A program made the position numbers and the translations under genes. This document shows, piece after piece, positions 28,993-41,397 of a DNA stretch of 50,968 nucleotides. Within the stretch, counting starts at the first letter, position 1. Each line of letters begins with the position of its first letter. The notes below the pieces were generated by a model. The model did no database searches. It was not told the DNA's origin and saw only the letters and a program-made list of their open reading frames with translations. This stretch comes from Polyangiaceae bacterium (GTDB taxonomy: Bacteria; Myxococcota_A; Polyangia; Polyangiales; Polyangiaceae). Location: positions 1 to 50,968 of the forward strand of contig JANRKO010000063.1 in assembly GCA_033763455.1 (NCBI GenBank), in the 5' to 3' direction.

Positions 28993-31900
28993 TGCGATTC
29001 CGTCGGCTCGATCTCAGCGCATACGGCTCCTTTTCCGGCGTGAGCTTGGACCTCTCTGGCGGGAAAAGTGGGGGCCTACATATTTTGTACGGCGCCAATG
29101 AGGCCGGAAAAAGCACTGCTCTGCGAGCCATCACTGCACTTCTTTTCGGCATTCCCGAGCGAACTGCGGACGATCACACGCACGGAACCAAGCTCATGCG
29201 TGTGGGCGCGGTGCTTGAAGAGCCGAATGGGCGTGTGCATACCTTCGTGCGTCGCAAGAAGCGCAAAGATCCATTGCGTGACGCCAATGACGCCCCGGTG
29301 CCAGAAGCCGCCATGGAGCAATTGCTCGGCGGGCTTAGCCAAGGCATGTTCGAGTCGATGTTCGGGCTCGATCACGTGCGTTTAGCCGAGGGCGGTGAAG
29401 CCCTGCTGGCCGGTGAAGGCGATCTTGGCGAGAGCTTGTTCGAAGCGAAGCTTGGCGGAGAGGGGACGCGTCGAGTGCTCGAAGGGCTCGAACAAGAGGC
29501 GGAGGCACTTTTCAAGCCTACTGGTAAAAAACCTCTGCTCAACGTTGCCCTCGAAGAGTACAGAGCCGCCGCGAAAGCTTTGCGCGATGCTGTTCAGCGC
29601 CCTGATGTGTGGGAGGCCCAACAACGTGCTCTCGATCGAGCAGAGAAAGAACGCTCCTTGGTTGAGCAGGAGCGACGGCAGGCGCGGGCAACGCTCGCGC
29701 GGCTCAGTCGTATAGTGGCGGCGCTGCCAAGTGTTGAACGGCGCGCGAAGCTCCAACTCGAACTCCAAAGCCTTGGCGAAGGAAAGGAAATCTTAGCCGG
29801 GTGGTTTCAGCGGGGGGAGCGTCTCGACGAAGAGCTGCGCCAAGTCGAGCGAGATCTTGAACGAGCCGAGCAGGTGAAGGCCCGAATTGTTGGAGAAATG
29901 TCCGATTTTTCTGCTGTTTCGAATGGGGGCGTGCGCGCGTTGCCGGTCGCCCTGACCGGTGAAGAGCTCGTTGTATTGCGCAACGAACGAGGGCGGCGAG
30001 AACAGCTTTCAACAGAGGTGACCCTCTTGCAGAAGGAGCTGGCGTCACTCAGTCAACTTCTTCCGTTTAAGCTTGAGGGTTCAGTCCCTCAAAACTTGCG
30101 TCTAGATGTGGAGCGTGAGGCGCGCCTCCGGCGTTTGGGTCGCGAGGCCTCCGAGCTAAACCAAATTTTGCGGGAAGCCGAGGAGCGAAATCGGCTTGCG
30201 GCTTCTGAGCTTGCGGAATTGCGTAGCATGGCCTCCGCTGCGGTAGCTGCCGAAGATCTGGGGCCCCTCAGCGCGGCTCTGCGTGCCTTGGCCCCGAAAC
30301 GCCACCTTGAGGCAGAGCTGGCCCGCCAGCGCCAAGTGGTCGAACGTGCGCGGGCGGAGCTCGCCGTTAAGCTTGCAGCGCTGCGTCCTTGGAAAGGCGA
30401 CGCGGCGGCATTGGCAGAGGAGCTTTTGCCAACCAGCGATGAGGTGAACCAGTTCGCTGAAGGCTTTCAGAAAGCGGAAGTGGAACGGCAGCGCATCGAG
30501 CGCAGCAGCCGTGAACTTGCTTCTAAGCTTAGTGAGTGTGTTCGTCGCCGTGACGCGATGCGCGCTGGGTTCCACGTGCCGAGCGAGGCTGCCCTCGGGG
30601 AGGTTCGCGCTGAGAGGGAGGTATTGTGGCGGCAAATATCGGGAATTTTCGCATCCCCTGGGGACGCGGCCGCGAGCTTTCAGGAGTTAGCCCCAGAGTA
30701 CGAGTGCAAGGTCTCGGAGGCAGATGAACTCGGGGATAGGCTGAGGCGTGAGGCGGGGCGGGTGATTGAGCTTGCAAACATGGAAGCCGAGCTTGAAGCG
30801 TTGGGCCGAGAACGCGAGGCCTTGCAGGCGGAGCTCGCTACCTGGTCGGCCCAACAGAAAATTCTGAGCGAAGGCTTCACCACGCTGTGCCAACGCGTCT
30901 CCCTGGAGACGATTTCGGTATCGGCGCTGTCGCAGTGGCTCCGAAATGCGGAAGTAGCTCGGGCCGCGCAGTGGGCCTTTTCGGGCTTAGAACAGGAGCT
31001 TGCCGCGTGTTTGGCCGATTACGAAGCGGCGCGCAGCCGCATCGTGCTCGCGTTGGGTCCATTTGTGGAGGCTGCGAGCCTAGAAGGCTGCACCCTTTCT
31101 GAATGTTTGGAACGTGCCCAGATCTTGGTGGACGCCCATACGGAGGCCGAACGCGAAGAGCGCCGCAGGTTGCAGGAAGTCGGGCGCGGCGAAGCTCGGC
31201 TGAGAGACGCCGGCATTCGGTTGGGCGAAGCGAGGCTCAAACTTTCAGGCTGGAAGAAATCCTGGGAGGCTGCCATTCAGGGCCTGCCCTTCTCCGAAAG
31301 TGCTTCAGTGGAGGAAGTGTTGGCCACCCTCGATCAGCTGTCGCTGGTGTTCCAAAAAGCCGATCTGCTCACAGCCAGAGCTTCAGAGCTCCGCGACCTC
31401 GAGGCACGTTTTTCGAGTTTTGCGGCGGTCGTTCAGCGTATCATCGAGGCCGAGGGCGAGGAGCACGCGGAGCTCGACGTGTTTTCTGTGGCGGACGAAT
31501 TGTTGAAGCGTCACCGTGCTGAGGAGTTGCGACGCGAGAAGCTAGAAGGGCTAAAGGTGGAGCTTGAACGCGCCGAGCAGGAGTGTGCCCAGTTCACCAC
31601 CGAAAGACGGCGCTTGGTTTCAGAACTTGAGGAAATCTACCAGGCGGTGGGTGCCAAAGATAAGGCTGAGCTCCGAACACTCGAAGCGGTGGAGCTGCGT
31701 CGTCAGGCCGTAAAGCAGGCGCTTACGGAGGTCGAGTCGCAATTGCTCGGGCTGGGCGCCCAGCACGGCTTGCGGCTGGAAGAATTGCTTGCGGAGACGG
31801 CGGCGATCACGCCAGGAAACTTACGCGTCCAACAAGAGGAGCTGGAGCTAAGCCTTGAAGAGTTTGACAGGAAACACCTCGCGCTTGACCGTGAAGTGGT

Positions 31901-32525
31901 GTCGCTTTCGGCAGGGCTTGCTCTTTTTGGTGCAACCAGCGGGGCAGAGGCTGCCCAAGCTGTCCAACTCAAGGCCCAGGAGGTGCGTGCCCTGGCGATC
32001 CGGTACCAAGAGCTTTACCTAGCAGCTCGCCTCTTGCGCCACGAAGTGGAGGCGTACCGTGTGCGCAACCAAGATCCGCTCCTTTCAAGAGCAAGCCAGC
32101 TATTTTCCCGTATGACGCTAGGCGCGTATGCAAGCCTTCGGGTTGGTTTGGAGGAGCGGGTGATCCGCTGCGTTCGCAGTGATGGCCAGGAGCAAGAGGT
32201 GCGTGCTCTAAGTGAAGGCACGCGTTTCCAGCTTTACCTGGCGTTGCGGTTGGCCAGCATTGAAGCCTACCTTTCTACAAACGAACCGATGCCCCTGGTT
32301 TTTGACGACCTTCTGATCCATTTCGACGACGAGCGAGCCAAGGCAACACTCGAAATCCTAGCGGAGCTCAGCCAGCGCACGCAGATCTTGTTTTTCACCC
32401 ATCACGAACACCTCCTGCATCTGGCTCGGCGAGCCCTTAAGCCCGCATTTAGAATCGAGCACCGCCTGAGTGGGCCATCGCTTTACGGTCAGCAGGAGCT
32501 TTTCGGGCAGGCACGTTTATCGTGA
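28989..32525 (+). CDS. yhaN: SMC/Rad50-like coiled-coil ATPase (YhaN family)
   Basis: Walker A GANEAGKST, long coiled coil, signature LSEGTRFQLYLALRL, Walker B DDLLIHFDD. Confidence 0.92.
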   Translation: MMRFRRLDLSAYGSFSGVSLDLSGGKSGGLHILYGANEAGKSTALRAITALLFGIPERTADDHTHGTKLMRVGAVLEEPNGRVHTFVRRKKRKDPLRDANDAPVPEAAMEQLLGGLSQGMFESMFGLDHVRLAEGGEALLAGEGDLGESLFEAKLGGEGTRRVLEGLEQEAEALFKPTGKKPLLNVALEEYRAAAKALRDAVQRPDVWEAQQRALDRAEKERSLVEQERRQARATLARLSRIVAALPSVERRAKLQLELQSLGEGKEILAGWFQRGERLDEELRQVERDLERAEQVKARIVGEMSDFSAVSNGGVRALPVALTGEELVVLRNERGRREQLSTEVTLLQKELASLSQLLPFKLEGSVPQNLRLDVEREARLRRLGREASELNQILREAEERNRLAASELAELRSMASAAVAAEDLGPLSAALRALAPKRHLEAELARQRQVVERARAELAVKLAALRPWKGDAAALAEELLPTSDEVNQFAEGFQKAEVERQRIERSSRELASKLSECVRRRDAMRAGFHVPSEAALGEVRAEREVLWRQISGIFASPGDAAASFQELAPEYECKVSEADELGDRLRREAGRVIELANMEAELEALGREREALQAELATWSAQQKILSEGFTTLCQRVSLETISVSALSQWLRNAEVARAAQWAFSGLEQELAACLADYEAARSRIVLALGPFVEAASLEGCTLSECLERAQILVDAHTEAEREERRRLQEVGRGEARLRDAGIRLGEARLKLSGWKKSWEAAIQGLPFSESASVEEVLATLDQLSLVFQKADLLTARASELRDLEARFSSFAAVVQRIIEAEGEEHAELDVFSVADELLKRHRAEELRREKLEGLKVELERAEQECAQFTTERRRLVSELEEIYQAVGAKDKAELRTLEAVELRRQAVKQALTEVESQLLGLGAQHGLRLEELLAETAAITPGNLRVQQEELELSLEEFDRKHLALDREVVSLSAGLALFGATSGAEAAQAVQLKAQEVRALAIRYQELYLAARLLRHEVEAYRVRNQDPLLSRASQLFSRMTLGAYASLRVGLEERVIRCVRSDGQEQEVRALSEGTRFQLYLALRLASIEAYLSTNEPMPLVFDDLLIHFDDERAKATLEILAELSQRTQILFFTHHEHLLHLARRALKPAFRIEHRLSGPSLYGQQELFGQARLS

Positions 32526-34108
32526 AAGAAATTCTACTGGAAATGGGGCTGGATGAAGCCGACGACGAGGCTTCCGTAGCGCGGGCGCTGGCTCGGAAGC
32601 TGGGCACTTCGGTGGCAGATTTACCAGCGTGTCATCTCGTCAAGCGTGCTATCGACGCCCGGCGACACCGCGTGCGGTTTCAGCTAGTGTTTGAGCTGGG
32701 AGAGCCCGAACAACCGCCGGAAGCGCTTGGCGGCGCACAGCCTCGCGAAGTAGATCATCAGTACGAGGTGGTAATCGTGGGTGGAGGCCCCGCAGGGCTA
32801 TTTTGTGCGTATGAATTGGCTCGTAGAGGCATTGGCGCCACCGTCATCGACCGAGGAAAGCTGGTGCAACCACGTCGGCGCGATCTCAAAGGGCTTACCC
32901 GCCACGGTCGAGTCGATCCGGATAGCAATTATTGTTTTGGCGAAGGAGGAGCGGGAACCTACAGTGACGGCAAGCTCTATACGCGGGCTCACAAGCGCGG
33001 CAACGTGCGCGATGTGCTTGAGCTACTGGCCACCCATGGTGCTCCACGCCGTATTCTAACGGACGCTCGCCCTCATATCGGTTCTAACATTTTGCCGAAG
33101 GTTGTTACGGCTCTGCGCGAACACCTCGAACAAGTTGGCGTGCGGTTTGTCTTTGAGGATCGCGTCACCAACATTGTTACCGTTGGCCACGGCTCCGAGC
33201 GGCGAGTTGCAGGAGTGGAGCTCATGAGCGGGCGTTCGCTTCCCGCCCAACAACTGGTGCTGGCTACGGGCCATTCTGCTAGGGATATTTACGAACTTCT
33301 CGCACGCCTGGAAGTTCTGCTCGTGCCCAAGGCGTTTGCGCTCGGGGTGCGAATTGAGCACCCGCAGCCGGCGATCAATCAAATCCAATACGGGAAATAC
33401 GCAGGCCACCCGAAGCTTCCAAGTGCAAGTTATCGGCTAGCCGCTACGGTCGATGGCCGGGGGGTGTTCTCCTTCTGCATGTGCCCGGGCGGCTTCATTG
33501 TTCCAGCTGCCACCGAAGTTGATGGGTTGGTCGTAAACGGGATGAGCCTCTCCCGGCGTGATTCCCCGTTTGCGAACTCGGGGCTGGTAGTGGCGGTGGA
33601 GCCGGAAGATTGGGAGAAGTTGGGCTTCGGCGGGGTGCTCGGCGGTATTGAGTTTCAGCGAGCGTTGGAGCGTTCCGCGTTGGTAGCGGGTGGAGGAGAT
33701 CTAAGAGCGCCTTCCACGCGCGTTACGGATTTTCTAGGCAAGAAGGGCTCAACGGATGTGCCAAAAAGCAGCTACGTGCCCGGTGTTACGGCCAGCAATA
33801 TCCGAGATGTTTTGGACATCACCGGCTTGCCCTTGTCTTCAAGAATTGAAGGCGCCCTGCGAGAGTTCGAACGTACAATGCGGGGCTATGTCACCTCGGC
33901 GGCTCAGCTTGTGGGCGTGGAGTCACGCACGAGCTCTCCGGTGCGGATCCCAAGGGATCCCGGCACGTTGCAGTCCCCAACAGTGGTTGGCCTCTACCCC
34001 TCCGGCGAAGGCGCAGGCTATGCGGGTGGAATCATGAGCGCAGCTGTCGATGGCATTCAGATCGCCCGAGCTGTGGAGCAGAGCGCGCTTGGTAAGGTTG
34101 CGTGCTGA
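32522..34108 (+). CDS. FAD-dependent oxidoreductase (COG2509-like)
   Basis: GGGPAGL, FGEGGAGTYSDGKL, FCMCPGG and GEGAGYAGGIMSAAVDG. Confidence 0.9.
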   Translation: MKEILLEMGLDEADDEASVARALARKLGTSVADLPACHLVKRAIDARRHRVRFQLVFELGEPEQPPEALGGAQPREVDHQYEVVIVGGGPAGLFCAYELARRGIGATVIDRGKLVQPRRRDLKGLTRHGRVDPDSNYCFGEGGAGTYSDGKLYTRAHKRGNVRDVLELLATHGAPRRILTDARPHIGSNILPKVVTALREHLEQVGVRFVFEDRVTNIVTVGHGSERRVAGVELMSGRSLPAQQLVLATGHSARDIYELLARLEVLLVPKAFALGVRIEHPQPAINQIQYGKYAGHPKLPSASYRLAATVDGRGVFSFCMCPGGFIVPAATEVDGLVVNGMSLSRRDSPFANSGLVVAVEPEDWEKLGFGGVLGGIEFQRALERSALVAGGGDLRAPSTRVTDFLGKKGSTDVPKSSYVPGVTASNIRDVLDITGLPLSSRIEGALREFERTMRGYVTSAAQLVGVESRTSSPVRIPRDPGTLQSPTVVGLYPSGEGAGYAGGIMSAAVDGIQIARAVEQSALGKVAC

Positions 34109-34125
34109 GTGTTACCCTGGGGTCT

Positions 34126-35214
34126 ATGCAAAAGAAGGCGCTCCTCTTTACGTCAATTTTCGCAGTGAGTTGTGGCGGGGGTACCTTTGAATCCGGAGGC
34201 ACCGGCGGCGCTCCGGGTAGTGGTGGAAAGCCAGGAGCGAGTGGGGGTGCCGCAAGCGGCGGGAAACAGGGCATTGGCGGAAATCCAGGCAGCGGCGGGC
34301 GCCCGGGAAGCGGTGGTGCCATGGGCGTGGGTGGCGGGAGCGCGATGAGCGGTGGAAGCAGTGCTGGTGGCACGGCCTCGGGTGGTAACTCGGGGTTAGG
34401 GGGTGAAAGCACAGGCGGCGCGGCGTCGGGTGGTGGAAGCACAGGTGGGTCAAGCGGAGGGGCTTGCAGCCCTGCGTGCGGCGAGGCGCGGGAGTGCTGT
34501 GGTGGCCAGTGCGTAAACCTTACCAACGATCCACTCAATTGTGGGAGCTGTGGTCACAAGTGCACCGGCACCACCTATTGCGGAGGTGGGCAATGCGTGG
34601 AGCCTCCATGCACAGCAACCTGCAACGATGGCGGCTCTTGCTGCGGCAGCGAATGTTGTGGACAGGGACAGCTGTGTTGCGATCCACAAGGCCCGTTGGA
34701 TCGTGGCCCAACCTGCGTGACGCCGAGCGAGCAGGGAACATGCCCAATGGGCTGCGCTCCGCTTTGCATCTGTGCGTCGCCAGACACGCTTATTGCTACG
34801 GCTTCCGGCAATCGCGAAATAGCCAGCCTGAAGGTGGGTGATCTTGTTTACAGTGTGGACCACGGAGTTGTGAAGCTGGTGCCGCTTTTGGACGTGCACC
34901 ACACACCCGTTAAGAATCACTCCGTCGTACAAGTGGAGCTTGCAAGCGGGGCGGTGTTGGAAATCAGCGGGCGCCACCCAACGGCGGATGGCAGAAGCTT
35001 TTCGGGGCTCTTGGCAGGGGCCTTGCTCGACGGCGTTCAGATCAAGCGCGTGCGTGTCGTGCCTTACCACCACGCCGCCACCTACGACATCTTACCGGCG
35101 TCCGACACCGGCGCCTATTTTGCCGGTGGTGTCCTGATCGGGAGCACCTTGGCGCGAACTCCCGCGCTCGTGATGGCACCCACGGTGCCGCTTTCTTCGA
35201 TGGCTTCGCGCTGA
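34126..35214 (+). CDS. Lipoprotein with Gly-rich linker, Cys-rich (Stig1-like) region and C-terminal Hint domain
   Basis: Lipobox AVSC; CVNLTNDPLNCGSCG; Hint blocks CASPDTLIAT..G...I.SLKVGD.V, ISGRHP and TYDI...YFAGGVLIGS. Confidence 0.85.
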   Translation: MQKKALLFTSIFAVSCGGGTFESGGTGGAPGSGGKPGASGGAASGGKQGIGGNPGSGGRPGSGGAMGVGGGSAMSGGSSAGGTASGGNSGLGGESTGGAASGGGSTGGSSGGACSPACGEARECCGGQCVNLTNDPLNCGSCGHKCTGTTYCGGGQCVEPPCTATCNDGGSCCGSECCGQGQLCCDPQGPLDRGPTCVTPSEQGTCPMGCAPLCICASPDTLIATASGNREIASLKVGDLVYSVDHGVVKLVPLLDVHHTPVKNHSVVQVELASGAVLEISGRHPTADGRSFSGLLAGALLDGVQIKRVRVVPYHHAATYDILPASDTGAYFAGGVLIGSTLARTPALVMAPTVPLSSMASR

Positions 35215-35242
35215 GCGTAAACCCCGCCGCGCCGCCTCGCAG

Positions 35243-35452
35243 TCAAACTCTGCGAATCAGCCGTTCGGGGACCCCATAGGCCGCAATGTCGTCGTAGTCG
35301 CTCGTGTAAACCAAACTTTGGGTCTGGCGAGCGATGAACGCGACGTGAGCATCCACAATGTCGATTCTTGACGAGGGCCTGAGTTTTGCCCGAGCGATAG
35401 ACTCGCCGACTCGACGTGCTTCGAGCATGTCGAGTGGGACTACGATGACATA
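35243..35452 (-). pseudogene. PIN-domain toxin, C-terminal half only
   Basis: Frame reads VIVVPLDMLEARRVG...DIVDAHVAFIA...VYTSDYDD; the N-terminal PIN half is absent and the fragment abuts the antitoxin end. Confidence 0.7.
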
Positions 35453-35691
35453 AGCCCGGCGCGCTCGAAGTCTGCCAGAGTGGCCGCCGTTCCAGCTTGG
35501 ATGTCGTCTGCGGAGCGCCCGTCCTCGCGGTTCCAGCGCGCGATCATTTCCTGAAAGGACTCTTCTTCCGTTTCGCGGTCTATGAGCGCCGCAATGTAGC
35601 CACTCACGCTCTCAGCACGTCCGCTACCCACGACCGCCTTCGCTCGGGCCAGCGTCCGGTCTGGGAGGCTTACGGCAATCTTTTTGGTCAT
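35440..35691 (-). CDS. Ribbon-helix-helix antitoxin
   Basis: MTKKIAVSLPD...GRAESVSGYIAAL; RBS GGAGG upstream; lies next to the PIN fragment. Confidence 0.75.
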   Translation of the reverse strand: MTKKIAVSLPDRTLARAKAVVGSGRAESVSGYIAALIDRETEEESFQEMIARWNREDGRSADDIQAGTAATLADFERAGLMSS

Positions 35692-36258
35692 ACCTCCGTA
35701 TATGCCGAGGGCTCATTTCGTACCAGAGGTGGGATCAACTTCTGTGCAACCTCCCGTCTCAGCAGCCGCACAAGTCGGCAGCCGCACAAGCCCTCGTCTG
35801 TCCGAAGCGCACGCATGTCGTCGAAGCGTGTGCTACTGGCGGCCAGCCGCCCTACGCAAGCTGCTTCGGAATAGTCTCAGGTAACCTGAGTGGGTGCAGC
35901 ACCTCAATGGCCAGAGACAAGCCCGCTCACGCCGCGGTGCTCCTAAACTCCCGAACTTGTCCGCAACTTCTACCTGAAACTGGAGAATTCCCTGCGGTCG
36001 TGGTCTGCCTGACTGCGAAGCACACACGCCGCCCGCGCCTTCCTCAAAAGGGAGACGCCTGGCGAGGGTCAAGCTGCGGCATCATGCGGCAGCTGAGAGG
36101 GCCTCCAAATAACTCGGGAACGCCCCCTTCCAACAACTATTATGCACACCCGCGCGCGTCAGCGCATGATCAGGGGGGCGGCGCACGACGCGGATCTTGT
36201 TCCGGTCGCTAACCGCTGGGGTTGGACGACCGGGGCGCGTGATGCTAGTAAGTGAGTC

Positions 36259-36504
36259 ATGAAAACGCGAAAGATCCTGGCTGTTGCCGGCTCCACAGCG
36301 GTCACAACGGAACGTGCGAGAGCCGCGGCAAAAAGCGTCAGGGCGGCCCGGGCCGGCGTGGAGAGCCTTGCGCCGGAGGCTAGCCATGGTGCGCGAAAGA
36401 AGTTCCTCGGTACCTTCGGCTCAAGTAGGCGCGCTAAGGCGTCATTGAGCAAACGTACCGTACGGGGCGTCGTGGCCGCAGGCGTGCGAACGCGTGCTAG
36501 CTAA
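36259..36504 (+). CDS. Small basic hypothetical protein
   Basis: ATG ORF ending 5 bp before the next gene; Arg/Ala rich; no recognisable motif. Confidence 0.4.
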   Translation: MKTRKILAVAGSTAVTTERARAAAKSVRAARAGVESLAPEASHGARKKFLGTFGSSRRAKASLSKRTVRGVVAAGVRTRAS

Positions 36505-36509
36505 GTCGG

Positions 36510-37163
36510 ATGGTAACGCGGGGCCAGAGAAAGAGTTCCCGAGCATTGGGGGCATTCGACGAGTCCGTGTTTGTAAACGTTCCTTTTGATACTCGTTATC
36601 AGAAGTTGTTCCGTGCGCTCGTGTTTGCTGTGCACGATTGCGGATTCGTCTGTCGGTGTGCGTTGGAGTCTGACGACGGAAGTGACATTCGCTTTGAAAA
36701 GCTCGTGCGAATTATCCGCGAATGCAGGTACGGCATCCACGATATTTCACGCACAACCTTGGATCGGGGAACTCAGCTGCCTCGATTTAATATGCCGCTC
36801 GAACTCGGATTGTTTCTAGGAGCAAAGCGCTTTGGAGCCGCAGAGCAAGCACGAAAAACTTGCCTTATCCTGGAACGCGATCGCTATCGGTACCAACAAT
36901 TCTGCTCGGACCTTGCGGGGCAGGACATAAGAGCGCACCACAATCGTGTCGACGATGGGATCACGGCGGTGAGAAATTGGCTCCAGGCTACCCGACCAAA
37001 AGTTCGGATTCCGAGTTCAGCCAGAATCGCAGCGCGATACGTGCAATTTAGAACCGATCTCCCCAAGATGTGCACACATGAAGATCTGCATAGTGCTACG
37101 CTCACCTTCCTCGACTATCGAACGCTGGTGACAGGCTGGTTAGAAGCTAACGGAGATTTCTGA
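36510..37163 (+). CDS. Nucleoside deoxyribosyltransferase-like / TIR-like fold protein
   Basis: VFVNVPFD, IRECRYGIHDISR, RFNMPLELG and SDLAGQD resemble the NDT/TIR-like pattern (F...PF; D.S; N...ELG; D..G). Confidence 0.65.
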   Translation: MVTRGQRKSSRALGAFDESVFVNVPFDTRYQKLFRALVFAVHDCGFVCRCALESDDGSDIRFEKLVRIIRECRYGIHDISRTTLDRGTQLPRFNMPLELGLFLGAKRFGAAEQARKTCLILERDRYRYQQFCSDLAGQDIRAHHNRVDDGITAVRNWLQATRPKVRIPSSARIAARYVQFRTDLPKMCTHEDLHSATLTFLDYRTLVTGWLEANGDF

Positions 37164-37177
37164 TCGGCAGTATCAAG

Positions 37178-38407
37178 TCAGCTTAACGCCTCAGCGCGCA
37201 GGGTAATTTCCGTGATCTCTGCGGGTGCACCCAGCCGCATGGGTGGGCCCCAATAGCCCGTGCCGTTGCTAACATAGAGCCAAGTTTTCCCGAACTGCGC
37301 GAGTCCTGATACCAGCGGTTGCCCCAGTCGCACCAAGTAATTCCAGGGCCACATTTGCCCACCATGCGTGTGTCCGGAAAGCTGCAGCCCGATCTGGTGC
37401 TCTTCTGCTGCGCGAATATGGCGCGGTTGGTGGGCGAGCAAGATGAGTTCACGGCTTGGGTCGCGCCCGGCACACGCTTGCTTCACATCACCCGCGGGGC
37501 CTTCTGGGTGGGAGCTTGAGCTGTAGTCGTCCACGCCTGCGATATCTAGGCAGTGTTCCCCCTCTTTCAGCGTTACATGTTGATTGCGGAGCACGGAGAT
37601 ATTGAGCGTTCGGAGGTGTGCGCACCAGCTGTCCGCACCCGAGTAGAAATCGTGATTCCCCGTGACAAAGAACACGCCGTGTTTGGCCCTCAACTCTGCC
37701 AATGGAGCCACATCTCCCGCGAGATCGGAAACGGTTCCATCGACGAGGTCGCCGGTGATAGCCACCAGATCTGGCTTCAGTTCATTCACCTGGCGCACGA
37801 TGCGTTCGACGAAATCTTTGCCGATGTTGGGGCCCACGTGCACGTCCGAAAGCTGCACCACACGAAGGCCATCGAAGGCTTGGGGCAAGCGCGAAAGCGA
37901 AACATTGAGCCGTTTTATCGCGACCGGACCCAAGCCCATGCGTGTCGCGACGAGCGCTAGACCAGTTGTGGCAACCGCTGCTCCCGCGCCGAACATTCTT
38001 GCGGCAAGCACGCGTCGCTCTGGATCGGCAGGGGCGCTCTCCTGAAAGAAGCGTTGCGCGAGGTGCAGAAGGCCGCGTCCAAGGTCGCCGAAGCCGAGCG
38101 ACAACAGCATTAACAGGCACACTCCCATCCAGATGTACGCGAAGCTCAAGAGCGGCCCGGCGCTCGCCCTTCCCAGTGTCACCATCGCTAAAAGGCTCAG
38201 CGGGATCAGCAGGCCGAAGGCCACTACCACCCATACTAGGCCGCGCGCCCAACCTTCCGGGAGCGACATGTCCCGCACCAGTCGGACCCAGAAGTAGTAG
38301 TGCGTCAGCCCCGAGAGGGCCGTGAGGATTGAAAAGAAAACCACGAAGGAAAGGGCGCGCGACATGAGCTCAGGTGCTATGTGTAGACGATGTCGGGGCT
38401 TGCCCAT
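37178..38407 (-). CDS. Membrane-bound metallophosphoesterase (YkuE/YaeI family)
   Basis: N-terminal TM helices; SDVH, TGDLVDG, GNHD, LAHQP, SGHTHGGQ and GPPMRLGAP.EI. Confidence 0.93.
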   Translation of the reverse strand: MGKPRHRLHIAPELMSRALSFVVFFSILTALSGLTHYYFWVRLVRDMSLPEGWARGLVWVVVAFGLLIPLSLLAMVTLGRASAGPLLSFAYIWMGVCLLMLLSLGFGDLGRGLLHLAQRFFQESAPADPERRVLAARMFGAGAAVATTGLALVATRMGLGPVAIKRLNVSLSRLPQAFDGLRVVQLSDVHVGPNIGKDFVERIVRQVNELKPDLVAITGDLVDGTVSDLAGDVAPLAELRAKHGVFFVTGNHDFYSGADSWCAHLRTLNISVLRNQHVTLKEGEHCLDIAGVDDYSSSSHPEGPAGDVKQACAGRDPSRELILLAHQPRHIRAAEEHQIGLQLSGHTHGGQMWPWNYLVRLGQPLVSGLAQFGKTWLYVSNGTGYWGPPMRLGAPAEITEITLRAEALS

Positions 38408-38693
38408 CCCCCTCGGCGCATTCTTTGCGATTCTTCACGAAAGCGGGGCGCCCTCCGGAAGCGCCTAGGCGGGCGGTGCCGCCGCGCGTCAGGCTAGTTC
38501 CTTTGGGAAATCACCGGTTTGCGACGAAATTGTTCCTCCGGAAGGTGCCGAGTTGGCGTTGCGCGCGGGGCTCCGCCGTGAGACGGTTGTCTCGCGTGAA
38601 AACGCCGCTTGAAGCAGTTGGCACTTCGGCCTAGGTAAGGCGCGCCCACGGGACACCCGTTCACGTGGTCCGTTCCAATTCTGAGGAGTGAAC

Positions 38694-41396
<2,703 letters not shown>

Positions 41397-41397
41397 A

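Noticed and set aside
27736..32525. Nuclease plus SMC-like ATPase as a novel Wadjet/Lamassu-type defence system
   Set aside because: Motifs fit the widespread YhaO-YhaN pair, it is coupled to a housekeeping-type oxidoreductase, and no effector or kleisin genes are present
35700..36120. Possible gene remnant, a 13-bp direct repeat (GCAGCCGCACAAG x2) and the palindrome CTCAGGTAACCTGAG
   Set aside because: No recognisable protein motif in any frame, and the repeats are too short to interpret
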